The notes: generated by a model from the letters alone, not told the origin. A stretch of DNA of 64,000 bases from Anaerolineales bacterium (GCA_003105035.1 PQAL01000002.1:128445-192444), one strand, 5' to 3'; numbered from the stretch's first letter, positions 8,806 to 17,787 are shown. Numbers and translations are program-made.

Positions 8806-9568
8806 TCCCAGGGTGCAGGAAGTCCGGAAATTATTAACCCAGGCTAAAGAACGACGCGAACAGGGTGCATTTGTCGTTGAGGGGGTGCGCCTGACGGAAG
8901 AAGCCTTGCGGGCAGGTTGGAAAGCCCGGCTGGTTTTGTATACCGCCAGGCTTGACGAGCGAGGCATGCACGTTGTTCATAGCTATGCCTCACTTGGCTT
9001 GCCTGTTGAGGAAGTAAGCGAAGGTGTGATGAAGTCCGTCAGTGAGACAGAATCTCCTCAAGGATTAATGGCGGTCTTAGAACAGAAGACACAGCCCAGC
9101 CCGCCCGCTTTGGATTACGTGCTGATCCTGGATGGCATGCGGGACCCGGGCAACCTGGGTACAATCCTGCGGACTTCGGCTGCAGCCGGAGTGCAGCTCG
9201 TATTGCTCGCTCCCGGGTGTGTGGATGCCTGGTCTCCGAAGGTGCTGCGCTCCGGGATGGGCGCTCACTTCCGCCTAGCCCTCCAAAGCCATGATTGGCA
9301 GGCAATTAAAAGGATGATAAAAAGCTCCAGGCATGGGGTAAGGGTCTATCTGGCCGATGCTGCCGGAGAAGTTCAATACACACAGGCGAATTTTCGAGAG
9401 CCGCTGGCAATCATCGTGGGGGGAGAAGCAGCTGGTGCAGGCTCTGAATCTGCTGCCCTGGCCGATGAGAAGGTATATATCCCCATGCCAGGCGGCAGCG
9501 AGTCGCTTAATGCAGCCGTTGCGGCGGGAATTCTCCTGTTTGAGGTTGCCCGTCAGCGCCTGGGATGA
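8786..9568 (+). CDS. TrmH/SpoU-family RNA 2'-O-methyltransferase
   Basis: Family-like sequence starts at ATG 8786 ('MIISIHNPRVQEVRKLL'). SpoU motifs 'DPGNLGTILRTS' and 'IPMPGGSESLNAAVAAGILLFE' are present. It overlaps the macro gene by 20 nt. Confidence 0.85.
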   Translation: MIISIHNPRVQEVRKLLTQAKERREQGAFVVEGVRLTEEALRAGWKARLVLYTARLDERGMHVVHSYASLGLPVEEVSEGVMKSVSETESPQGLMAVLEQKTQPSPPALDYVLILDGMRDPGNLGTILRTSAAAGVQLVLLAPGCVDAWSPKVLRSGMGAHFRLALQSHDWQAIKRMIKSSRHGVRVYLADAAGEVQYTQANFREPLAIIVGGEAAGAGSESAALADEKVYIPMPGGSESLNAAVAAGILLFEVARQRLG

Positions 9569-9597
9569 TTATGTGTAACAAGTTATGTTAAAATTGG

Positions 9598-10053
9598 TTG
9601 GTAATGAGCATCCCTAAAAATTTCCCTCCTGAGCGCAACTCCCTGGTGCATGCCGAACACCGGCGTGAAGTGAAGCGCCAGATCTATATTCCGGTAATTA
9701 TCGGGCTGCTGGTGATTTTGGCAGGAGTCATTGCGATCATCGTATATGGCCTTCAGGCCGGGGCAAATTTGCGTAGATGGGCGGATGTCTCGATTATCTG
9801 GCTGATCATCCCTGCCATGTTTATGGGATTGCTCCTTGTGTTGGTAGTAATGGCTGCTTTGTATGGCATCACACGGTTGTTGGGCATCCTTCCGGGCTAT
9901 TCTAAGATCGTCCAGGATTATTTTGATCAGGTAGGCGCGAAAGTATCCCAGGTCACCGATGGTGTTGTCGAGCCGTTTTTGAAAGCGCGCAGTACGTGGG
10001 CTGTCGTCAAACGTAGGGACCGAATATTATCCCCTCGTGATCACGACAGGTGA
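9598..10053 (+). CDS. Hypothetical membrane protein (2-3 TM)
   Basis: 151-aa ORF with clear hydrophobic helices. The start could be TTG 9598 or ATG 9604. No family was recognised. Confidence 0.55.
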   Translation: MVMSIPKNFPPERNSLVHAEHRREVKRQIYIPVIIGLLVILAGVIAIIVYGLQAGANLRRWADVSIIWLIIPAMFMGLLLVLVVMAALYGITRLLGILPGYSKIVQDYFDQVGAKVSQVTDGVVEPFLKARSTWAVVKRRDRILSPRDHDR

Positions 10054-10112
10054 AGTTTCTGGAAAAGGCTGTATCCTTATAAAAGTCATTCATTTCAAGA
10101 AAGGAATCATCC

Positions 10113-10364
10113 ATGGATGCTCAGGATAATATCATTGCTGAACAGAACCAGCTCACAGAGGTCGATACCGCCTGGACCGGGAAAATCCTGGCTATTGGCG
10201 GGGTGCTTGGGGCACTGACCGGCCTGGCTGCAGCCTACTTGCTGGTTCAACGGTCCAAGAAAATGGGTGAGCGGCCGACTCTGGAATTAGGTGAGGGTAT
10301 CAAGCTGGGGGTCTTGTTGTTTGGCTTGCTGCGCAACATCGCCTTGCTTGGCGATCGCGAATAA
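10113..10364 (+). CDS. Hypothetical small membrane protein
   Basis: 83-aa ORF with one or two hydrophobic segments. A terminator hairpin follows it. Confidence 0.5.
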   Translation: MDAQDNIIAEQNQLTEVDTAWTGKILAIGGVLGALTGLAAAYLLVQRSKKMGERPTLELGEGIKLGVLLFGLLRNIALLGDRE

Positions 10365-10387
10365 GCAATTCAGCTCCCAACATCAAT

Positions 10388-10414
10388 CCCATAAGGCTCG
10401 CCTTATGGGATTTT
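10388..10414 (+). terminator. Intrinsic terminator
   Basis: 'cccataagg' pairs with 'ccttatggg' around a 4-nt loop, followed by 'atttt'. Confidence 0.6.
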
Positions 10415-10427
10415 AATTTAAACCTGC

Positions 10428-10469
10428 TTGACAGGTTCATAGAACGGATTAAAATATGAACGATCGTTC
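10428..10469 (+). promoter_or_regulatory. Promoter plus palindromic operator of the TetR-efflux operon
   Basis: TTGACA (10428-10433), a 16-nt spacer, then TAAAAT (10450-10455). A perfect 12-bp palindrome 'gaacgatcgttc' (10458-10469) lies at about the transcription start site. Confidence 0.5.
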
Positions 10470-10492
10470 GTTTTATTCAGGGGAGGCCCGGT

Positions 10493-11107
10493 ATGGCTGC
10501 TTCTGCTCTGCCACGCGGCGAGCTAACCCGTAACGCTATCTTGCAAGCTGCCCATGACCTGTTCATCCGGCAGGGATATCATGGCACTACCATGCGCCAG
10601 ATCGCCCAAGGGGCTCATCTGGCCCTGGGTGGTCTCTACAACCATTTTCCCTCCAAGGAGAAGGTATTTGAGGCGGTATTTTTAACCTTTCACCCCTATC
10701 ATGAAGTCTTGCCATTGATTGCCGCAGCCCGGGGTGACGACTTGGCGCAGCTGGTGCAGGATGCCTTCCAGCGCATGCGCCAGGCTTTCAAGGATCGGCC
10801 TGATTTCATGAACTTGATGTTCATCGAGATGGTCGAGTTTAATAGTATCCACGCCAGGCAGCTTTACGGCCAGCTTTTTCCTCAGGGCGTGCAGATCATG
10901 CAGCGGCTCACCAGTGCATATCCAGAACAATTGCGCCATATTTCGGCACCCATGGTGGTACGCACCTTTTTAGGTGTGTTTTTTGGTTATTACCTTACGG
11001 AAACAGCCTTCACTCCGGCAGTTCCGCTGGCATTTCAAGAGAATGCCATGCAGTTCTTTGTGGATATCTACCTGCATGGCATCCTTGCTGCAACTGATGT
11101 AAGTTGA
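10493..11107 (+). CDS. TetR/AcrR family transcriptional regulator
   Basis: N-terminal HTH 'GYHGTTMRQIAQGAHLALGGLYNHFPSKE'. 204 aa. Confidence 0.9.
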   Translation: MAASALPRGELTRNAILQAAHDLFIRQGYHGTTMRQIAQGAHLALGGLYNHFPSKEKVFEAVFLTFHPYHEVLPLIAAARGDDLAQLVQDAFQRMRQAFKDRPDFMNLMFIEMVEFNSIHARQLYGQLFPQGVQIMQRLTSAYPEQLRHISAPMVVRTFLGVFFGYYLTETAFTPAVPLAFQENAMQFFVDIYLHGILAATDVS

Positions 11108-11140
11108 CCGATTCTCGCGCACAGTTATAAAGGCGATACT

Positions 11141-12274
11141 ATGTTCAACTCACGGCTCCGTTCTCTCATCCGCAAAGAATTTATCCAGATTCGGCGCGAC
11201 AAACGCACCCTTATCCTGGTGCTGATCATCCCGATTATGCAGTTATTCCTGATGGGCTACGCAGCTACCAATGACGTACGCAATGTGCCGCTGGCAGTAT
11301 TTGATCAGGATCGCGGCTCAGAAGCCCGCTCCCTGCTGGATGCTTACCGCGCTGCCGACTATTTCACCATCACCTATGAAGCGGGTTCCGAAGATGAGTT
11401 GCGTGACCTGGTGGATCGTGGTAAAGCGCGCGCCGGGTTGATCATTCCTCCCAATTACTCCGACAAAATCCAGGCAGGTGAGACAGGCCAGGTAATGTTC
11501 GTCCTGGATGGTTCGGACCCGACCATAGCTTCCACGGCCCTTTCGTCAGCCCGGCTGATTGGCCAGGCATATTCAACCCAGATCCTGGAAGATCGCCTCG
11601 CCGCGCGTGGTCAGGCAGCCGCAATCCAGCCACCCGTACAGGCGAATACCACCGTGTGGTACAACCCCGATCTGGTCAGTGCGTACTTCATGATCCCGGG
11701 TGTGATCGGGATGATCCTGTTTGCCCTGACGTCGATCCTAACCGCCAGCGCCATTGTGCGTGAGCGCGAGCGCGGCACGATCGAGCAGCTCATTGTGACC
11801 CCCATTCGTCCCTGGGAGCTGGTGGTGGGCAAACTATTGCCTTACGTAATCCTGGCTTTTGTGAATGCATTCGAAGTGATGGCATTGGGGCATTACTGGT
11901 TCAAGGTGCCTAATAACGGTAGTTTGCTGCTGCTATTCGGGGCTTCGCTCTTGTTCTTGTTATCCAGCCTGGGGATCGGTCTGCTGGCATCCACCATCGC
12001 GAACACCCAGCAAGAAGCGATGCTGACCGTCTGGATGCTTTTGCTTCCCAGCATCTTCCTGGCTGGCTTCTTTTTCCCGCTGCAAGCCATGCCGAAGGTC
12101 TTACAGTGGATCTCGTATATTTTCCCCTTGCGTTATTATCTGGTGATCATCCGTTCCCTAATGATCAAAGGTGCAGGGCTTTCGGCATTTCGAGCAGACC
12201 TGATTGCCCTGGCGGTTTTTGGGGTTGCCATCATGAGCCTGGCCGCGATGCGCTTTCGTAAAAGGCTGGATTAA
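11141..12274 (+). CDS. ABC-2 type transporter permease
   Basis: 377 aa. One N-terminal TM, a large extracytoplasmic loop and a 5-TM C-terminal half, as in the YbhS/YbhR/YhhJ-like ABC-2 family. Confidence 0.85.
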   Translation: MFNSRLRSLIRKEFIQIRRDKRTLILVLIIPIMQLFLMGYAATNDVRNVPLAVFDQDRGSEARSLLDAYRAADYFTITYEAGSEDELRDLVDRGKARAGLIIPPNYSDKIQAGETGQVMFVLDGSDPTIASTALSSARLIGQAYSTQILEDRLAARGQAAAIQPPVQANTTVWYNPDLVSAYFMIPGVIGMILFALTSILTASAIVRERERGTIEQLIVTPIRPWELVVGKLLPYVILAFVNAFEVMALGHYWFKVPNNGSLLLLFGASLLFLLSSLGIGLLASTIANTQQEAMLTVWMLLLPSIFLAGFFFPLQAMPKVLQWISYIFPLRYYLVIIRSLMIKGAGLSAFRADLIALAVFGVAIMSLAAMRFRKRLD

Positions 12275-12297
12275 TGGACTGTGTTTAGGAGGTTATT

Positions 12298-13680
12298 ATG
12301 AAAGTTGGACGCATTGTTCTACTCATCCTTGTCATTGCAGCGATCGTGGTGGCCGCTTACTGGTATGTGACCACCCAAACTTCCCCGGCAACCATCACCG
12401 CCCTTACCGGCTCGGGCACAGTTGAGACCACTGAGGTGGCAATCTCGCCTGAGATCAGTGGAAAAGTAGTGGACGTTATGGTTAAAGAAGGTGATTCAGT
12501 AAAGACTGGCGAGACCTTGTTCAAGCTGGATGACACCTTGCTGGCTGCCCAGCGTAAACAAGCCCAAACCAACCTGGAAGCTGCTCAGGCTAGCCTGGAT
12601 GCCGCCGACACCGCTCTGACCGCCACCCAGGCAGGGGTCACCACAGCCCAAGCTCAGTATGATCTGGTGCTGGCGAATGCCCGCCTTCAAGCTCAACCCG
12701 CCCAAAACTTGTCGTGGGTTCAGCCACAGCCTTCCGAGTTTGACCAGCCTGTTTGGTATTTCACCCATACTGAGGAGATTTCTGCTGCCCTAAAAGAGGT
12801 CAATACTGCTTCGGATGCTTTGAATACTGCCAAAACGAATTTCAGCTCGATGTTGTCAGGTGGTGTGTACACCAACCTTACAGCTGCAGAAGAGCGCCTG
12901 GCACAGGCTCAGAGTACTTTCCTGGATGCTAAAACTGTACGTGATCAAGCCCAGGCACAAAATAACCAGTCATTACACGATGTTGCCAAGCAAGCTTACG
13001 AATCTGCCAAGGCAGAATTGGAAGCTGCTCAACAGTCTTACGATGATCTACTCACCTCTCAGGAGGCTTCAGACGTGCTGGAAGCCCGTGCCAAGCTGGC
13101 TTCTGCTCAGCGGCGCTATGACACCGCCGTCAATCGCTATAACTCGCTGCTCACCGGTGAATATTCTTTGGCGGTAGAGGTTGCTGCAGATACCCTGGCT
13201 CAAGCCCAGGCGAATGTAACGGCCGCTGAATCAAAGGTCACGCAAGCGCAGAAGGCGATTAATCAGGCCCAATCCGCCATTGACCTGATCGATGCCCAGC
13301 TTGGAAAGTTGGTGGTTACGGCTCCTCAGGATGGTGTGGTCCTGACCCGCAGCATTGAGCCTGGTGAAGTGGTCGTTGCAGGTGCAGCTGCTCTTACCCT
13401 TGGCCAGCTGGATAACCTGAAAATCACTGTCTACATACCCGAGAACCGCTATGGCGAGATCAGGTTAGGTGATACCGCCGATGTAAAAGTTGATTCCTTT
13501 CCCAACCAGACCTTCACCGCAATCATTAACCGCATAGCCGATCAAGCGGAGTTTACCCCCCGCAATGTCCAGACCGCGGAGGGACGTCAGACCACAGTCT
13601 ATGCGGTTGATTTGGCTGTCAAGAACCCGGCTGGCCAGCTTAAACCAGGCATGCCGGCGGATGTGGTTTTCAATCCATAA
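12298..13680 (+). CDS. HlyD-family periplasmic adaptor / membrane fusion protein
   Basis: N-terminal TM, lipoyl-like 'GKVVDVMVKEGDSVKTGETLFKLD', a long Ala/Gln coiled coil, and a C-terminal beta-barrel ('PGMPADVVF'). Confidence 0.85.
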   Translation: MKVGRIVLLILVIAAIVVAAYWYVTTQTSPATITALTGSGTVETTEVAISPEISGKVVDVMVKEGDSVKTGETLFKLDDTLLAAQRKQAQTNLEAAQASLDAADTALTATQAGVTTAQAQYDLVLANARLQAQPAQNLSWVQPQPSEFDQPVWYFTHTEEISAALKEVNTASDALNTAKTNFSSMLSGGVYTNLTAAEERLAQAQSTFLDAKTVRDQAQAQNNQSLHDVAKQAYESAKAELEAAQQSYDDLLTSQEASDVLEARAKLASAQRRYDTAVNRYNSLLTGEYSLAVEVAADTLAQAQANVTAAESKVTQAQKAINQAQSAIDLIDAQLGKLVVTAPQDGVVLTRSIEPGEVVVAGAAALTLGQLDNLKITVYIPENRYGEIRLGDTADVKVDSFPNQTFTAIINRIADQAEFTPRNVQTAEGRQTTVYAVDLAVKNPAGQLKPGMPADVVFNP

Positions 13681-13701
13681 CACTATCATTTTCGTAAACT
13701 T

Positions 13702-14667
13702 ATGCCCCCCCATATCCTGGTCTCGCACCTCTCCAAATCTTTCGGCAGCACACATGCCGTCGATGACCTTAGCTTGCATGTGGAAGCGGGTGAGATTTTT
13801 GGGTTGATTGGTCCGGATGGGGCTGGGAAAACCACCACCATGCGCCTGCTGTGTGGTGCCTTGCTGCCCGATAGCAAGCAAGATAGAGCGCAGGCGCTGA
13901 TCCATATCGTGGGGGTAGACATATTTCGCCAAACTGACCAGGCGCGTGCCCAGTTGGGCTATCTTCCTCAACGCTTCTCAATGTATGAAGAGCTGACCGT
14001 GTTGGAAAACCTGCGTTTCTTTGCGGAGGTGCGCGGCCTTTCGGAATCTGACTGGAAACCACGCTGTATGCAGATCCTGGAATTTGTCGGGCTGGCAGAT
14101 TTTATTAACCGCCGTGCGGGGCAGCTTTCAGGCGGGATGCGCCAGAAGCTGGGGCTGGCTGCCGCGCTGGTTCATTCACCCAGGGTGCTACTGCTCGACG
14201 AACCCACCACTGGGGTTGATCCGGTCACCCGCCAGGATTTCTGGCAGCTCATCATCCGCCTTGTTGCGGAAGGGAGTGTCGCCGTATTGGTCAGCACCCC
14301 GTATATGGATGAGGCTGGGCGCTGTGCCCGGGTGGGGTTTATGCGCCAGGGGAAGATCCTGCTTGAAGGTAAGCCTGATGAGCTTCGCGCTAAGTTGGAT
14401 GGGCGCATTATCGAGGTGCATGGAGAGCCGCTCCAGATATTGCGAGAAATAGCCCGTTCAGATCCTCGCGTAGAAGATGCCCAGATGTTTGGCGACCGGC
14501 TGCACCTGCGTGTGCAGCCTGGTTCTACCCAGGCAGTGATGGAAAACCTGCAGGTAGTCATCCCTACCAGAGGTGGTCGTCTCAGCATGCTGCGCTCAAC
14601 CACCCCTCAATTGGAAGACGTTTTTATTGATCTGCTTGAAGGTCAGTCGGCCCAGGGGCTTGGTTAA
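13702..14667 (+). CDS. ABC transporter ATP-binding protein
   Basis: Walker A 'GPDGAGKTT', signature 'LSGGMRQK', Walker B 'LLLDEPT'. Confidence 0.95.
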   Translation: MPPHILVSHLSKSFGSTHAVDDLSLHVEAGEIFGLIGPDGAGKTTTMRLLCGALLPDSKQDRAQALIHIVGVDIFRQTDQARAQLGYLPQRFSMYEELTVLENLRFFAEVRGLSESDWKPRCMQILEFVGLADFINRRAGQLSGGMRQKLGLAAALVHSPRVLLLDEPTTGVDPVTRQDFWQLIIRLVAEGSVAVLVSTPYMDEAGRCARVGFMRQGKILLEGKPDELRAKLDGRIIEVHGEPLQILREIARSDPRVEDAQMFGDRLHLRVQPGSTQAVMENLQVVIPTRGGRLSMLRSTTPQLEDVFIDLLEGQSAQGLG

Positions 14668-14682
14668 AAGGAGCGGTGAGGC

Positions 14683-15621
14683 GTGCCAGATGAAGTGATC
14701 ATTGCCCATAATCTCACAAAGCGGTTCGATGGCTTCACCGCGGTTGACCACATATCTTTCAGCATCAAGGCTGGTGAGGTGGTGGGCTACCTGGGCCCTA
14801 ATGGGTCGGGGAAGACCACTACCATGCGCATGCTGTTGGGTCTGTTGCTTCCCAGTGAAGGTGATGCTTCGGTGCTTGGTTATGATATTGTGCGACAATC
14901 TGAGCAGGTACGCGCCAACGTCGGCTATATGTCTCAAAAATTTGCTTTGTACCACGACCTGACGGTTGGGGAGAACCTGGCATTTTATGCTGGTGTATAC
15001 GGGGTCAATCAACCCACCCGTTTGGCTGAAGTGCTGGATCTGATCGGATTGAAGGCTCAGCAATCTGAAATGGTCAGCGACCTGTCCACGGGCTGGAAGC
15101 AGCGCCTGGCACTCGGTACGGCTATTGTCCACAAGCCGCGCTTGTTGTTTTTAGATGAGCCCACCTCCGGGGTTGACCCAACCGCCCGGCGTGCATTTTG
15201 GGATCTAATTTACACAGTTGTGGCTGAGGGAGTGACGGCCCTGGTGACCACCCACTACATGGATGAAGCCGAATATTGCGGTAGGGTGGGAATCATGCGG
15301 GACGGCCAGCTATTGGCAATGGACAGCCCTTCTGCCCTCAAGCGTAGTGCCTTACCAGGGATAGCCTGGGATGTGTTTGCCACACCGCTTCTACCTGCCT
15401 TGGATGCTCTCGAGCACTGTCCATGTGTGCTGCGCGCTGGCCTCACTGCTGATCACCTGCGAGCTATCACGGCTCACGATATAGATGCTACTATTTTGCA
15501 GCGTACCCTGTCTGAGGCGGGCATTCAGGTAGAGCGCCTTGAGCCGGTGGAACCCACGCTGGAGGACGTCTTCCTGGCCTTGGCGGATATTAAAGTCGAC
15601 GGTCCCGCTGCCCCGAGCTAA
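14683..15621 (+). CDS. ABC transporter ATP-binding protein (second, separate ATPase)
   Basis: GTG start 8 nt after SD 'aaggag'. Walker A 'GPNGSGKTT', signature 'LSTGWKQR', Walker B 'LFLDEPT'. Confidence 0.95.
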   Translation: MPDEVIIAHNLTKRFDGFTAVDHISFSIKAGEVVGYLGPNGSGKTTTMRMLLGLLLPSEGDASVLGYDIVRQSEQVRANVGYMSQKFALYHDLTVGENLAFYAGVYGVNQPTRLAEVLDLIGLKAQQSEMVSDLSTGWKQRLALGTAIVHKPRLLFLDEPTSGVDPTARRAFWDLIYTVVAEGVTALVTTHYMDEAEYCGRVGIMRDGQLLAMDSPSALKRSALPGIAWDVFATPLLPALDALEHCPCVLRAGLTADHLRAITAHDIDATILQRTLSEAGIQVERLEPVEPTLEDVFLALADIKVDGPAAPS

Positions 15622-15646
15622 ATTTCCTGTGGCATTTCGCCCATAA

Positions 15647-15748
15647 TTGAATAATATTAAATCGATACTTGAATATATTCAATTTTTATATTGAATATAT
15701 TAATATAATTGTTGACAATATTCAATTATTGTGTATAATATTGAATAG
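15647..15748 (+). promoter_or_regulatory. Operator array (five TTGAATAT-type sites) overlapping a near-consensus promoter
   Basis: Sites: 'ttgaataatatt' 15647-15658; the perfect palindrome 'ttgaatatattcaa' 15669-15682; 'ttgaatatattaa' 15691-15703; 'aatattcaa' 15717-15725; and 'taatattgaata' 15736-15747. Promoter: TTGACA 15712-15717, a 16-nt spacer, then TATAAT 15734-15739. Confidence 0.55.
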
Positions 15749-15783
15749 AAACAGACAGCGTATACTCGCCAAAGGAGGCTGTT

Positions 15784-16020
15784 ATGTTTGAGATGATGAT
15801 AGCTGAAAAATTGGTCATGGAAATAAAAAGTTCTCGCACCATTGTTGAATCGGAGCATTTGTTGGGCAAGCCGATGCGAATCAAGGCATCTCTAACCGAT
15901 CGCTTTCTTTCCAACCTCGGTCGGGTAATGGTTGATCTTGGATTCAGGCTGATCGATCGCTCCTGTGCCACGAAGGCGGCCGAGCCAGCGCCTGCTCCGA
16001 ACTTCCTGATCATGCTGTAG
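15784..16020 (+). CDS. Hypothetical 78-aa protein (first gene of the operon)
   Basis: A strong SD 'aaaggagg' lies 5 nt upstream of the ATG. No recognisable family and no shared helical tag. Confidence 0.5.
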   Translation: MFEMMIAEKLVMEIKSSRTIVESEHLLGKPMRIKASLTDRFLSNLGRVMVDLGFRLIDRSCATKAAEPAPAPNFLIML

Positions 16021-16082
16021 GCTGGGAGAGAGAAACTGCCGATGGACAACATTCAAAAAGTATCCTTTGGAGGTGAATTGAG

Positions 16083-16469
16083 ATGAATACATTACCTACG
16101 CGCTGCCCGCTTTGTGGCGGTGAACTCACCGTGACGCGCATCTACTGCCAGGATTGCGATACCACCATCGAAGGACGCTTCACGGGAGGTCCGTTCTCAC
16201 AGCTCACCCAGGAACAGCTTTCCTTCGTCGAAACATTTATGCGTTGTGAAGGCAAGATAACCCGCATGGAAGTTGAGCTAGACCTTTCATATCCTACGAT
16301 CCGCAACCGCCTCCATGAGGTCATCCGTGCCTTGGGGTATGAGCCGGGTGGTGAGGAGCCTATCACCGGGTTGAGCGACAAGGAACGCCAGCGCATCTTA
16401 GAAGATCTTGACCAGGGTGTCATCAGCGCTGAAGAAGCCATGCGTTTGTTACAAGAAAGTGAGAAGTGA
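16083..16469 (+). CDS. DUF2089-like Zn-ribbon + HTH protein with a C-terminal SHOCT-like helical tag
   Basis: 'CPLCGGEL...YCQDCDT' zinc ribbon. 'LTQEQLSFVETFMRCEGKITRMEVELDLSYPTIRNRL' HTH. C-terminal 'KERQRILEDLDQGVISAEEAMRLLQ'. SD 'ggaggtg' is present. Confidence 0.8.
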   Translation: MNTLPTRCPLCGGELTVTRIYCQDCDTTIEGRFTGGPFSQLTQEQLSFVETFMRCEGKITRMEVELDLSYPTIRNRLHEVIRALGYEPGGEEPITGLSDKERQRILEDLDQGVISAEEAMRLLQESEK

Positions 16470-17737
16470 CCATGGACAAGCAATTTACCGCTACCAGTGC
16501 TTCACCTCATGTGGTGCTCAACATCAGTGGAGACCTGCGCCTCAAAGGGCAGGATGCCTCTGAGGTCGTGGCAAAGTCCGAGGATCCGGAAGCTCTTTCC
16601 ATGGAGGTCAATGGCGATCAGGTGGTTATCCGCAGTACCAATGACTGCACCGTGCGTGTCCCACGTTCTGCGGTAGTGGAAGTCCAGGCAGTCCACGGGG
16701 ACGCCACCATAAAAGCATTGGACGATGGTTTGTCCATCGATGCAGTTGATGGGGACCTGGAGCTGCGCAACGTGGGTACCACCCAGATCGGTAGGCTAGC
16801 CGGCGACCTGGCTGCCAAGAATGTGGATGGCAATCTTATCATCGACAATGCGATGGGAGAGGCAACCTTGCGGAGTATCCAGGGAGACTTTACCACGACC
16901 GGGCGCATCTACGGCAACCTGACCCTTAAAGATGTGGGGGGGAGTGCCAAAGCCGCCTCGAACGGAAACATCATGCTACACCTGGACCCCGCGCCAGGCC
17001 ATGTATACGAATTCGACTGTTTTGGCAACCTGTTCTGCCGCTTACCCACCGATGCCAGCGTTGAGATCAGTGTACCCAAGGCTGCTCAGGTGATGGTCAG
17101 CCTCCCGGGAATCCATGCTTTAGCTCCGGTGCAAGCCCCATATGCCCTCACCCTGGGTGAGGGAGATGCCCAGCTGACCCTGACTGCCAAAGGAAACCTC
17201 ACCCTAGACACCCATGCCCCTGACTGGGATATGGAGGATTTTGATATCGATGTAGACAGTGAAGTCAATGGCATGGCCGATGCAGTCAGCCAGCAGATTT
17301 CCCAACAGGTTGACTTGCAGGTCCGCATGATTGAAGACCAGCTCAATGCTCAGTTATCCAGCCTGAGCATGCGGCTGAGCGGAGCAAAATTGAGTGAAAA
17401 TCAAGCCCGACGGATCGAAGAGCGTGCCCGTGAAACCAGCCAGCGGGCTGCTGAGCGTGCCCAGGAGCGCGTCCGCCGGGCACAGCAGAGAATGGAACAA
17501 AAACTTGCAGCCGCCCAACGCAAGATGGAGATGAAAGCTCAGGCTCATGAGCGTGCTGCTCGCCATAACCGGGGTGGTTGGACTTTTAGCATTCCAACCC
17601 CACCTGCCCCACCTGCTCCACAAAGTGACCCGGTGACTGAAGATGAGCGCTTGATGATCCTACGCATGCTTGAACAGAAGAAGATCGGCATGGAAGAGGC
17701 TGAGCAGTTGCTGAATGCATTGGAAGGTAAATCATAG
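16466..17737 (+). CDS. Beta-helical repeat (DUF4097-like) + coiled-coil protein with a C-terminal SHOCT-like tag
   Basis: GTG overlaps the upstream TGA (GTGA); ATG 16472 is an alternative start. About nine 'G-D/N-hydrophobic-x-hydrophobic' repeats ('GDLRLKG', 'GDLELRN', 'GNLIIDN'...). Then an Arg/Gln/Glu coiled coil, 'PPAPPAP', and the C-terminal 'EDERLMILRMLEQKKIGMEEAEQLLNAL'. Confidence 0.75.
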   Translation: MTMDKQFTATSASPHVVLNISGDLRLKGQDASEVVAKSEDPEALSMEVNGDQVVIRSTNDCTVRVPRSAVVEVQAVHGDATIKALDDGLSIDAVDGDLELRNVGTTQIGRLAGDLAAKNVDGNLIIDNAMGEATLRSIQGDFTTTGRIYGNLTLKDVGGSAKAASNGNIMLHLDPAPGHVYEFDCFGNLFCRLPTDASVEISVPKAAQVMVSLPGIHALAPVQAPYALTLGEGDAQLTLTAKGNLTLDTHAPDWDMEDFDIDVDSEVNGMADAVSQQISQQVDLQVRMIEDQLNAQLSSLSMRLSGAKLSENQARRIEERARETSQRAAERAQERVRRAQQRMEQKLAAAQRKMEMKAQAHERAARHNRGGWTFSIPTPPAPPAPQSDPVTEDERLMILRMLEQKKIGMEEAEQLLNALEGKS

Positions 17738-17787
17738 CACGTCGAGTCTCCCGCACCCTGTCCATTCGTTGGACCATGCGGTGAAAG

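Noticed and set aside
12540-13330. Ala/Gln/Thr-rich repetitive-looking segment in the HlyD adaptor.
   Set aside because: At nucleotide level it is not a tandem repeat. It is the expected long coiled-coil hairpin of membrane fusion proteins.
13465-15132. Antisense ORFs of 143-178 aa opposite the HlyD and ABC ATPase genes (13465-13971, 14172-14603, 14596-15132).
   Set aside because: They are shadow ORFs of strongly supported ABC genes. No start context or domain signatures are present.
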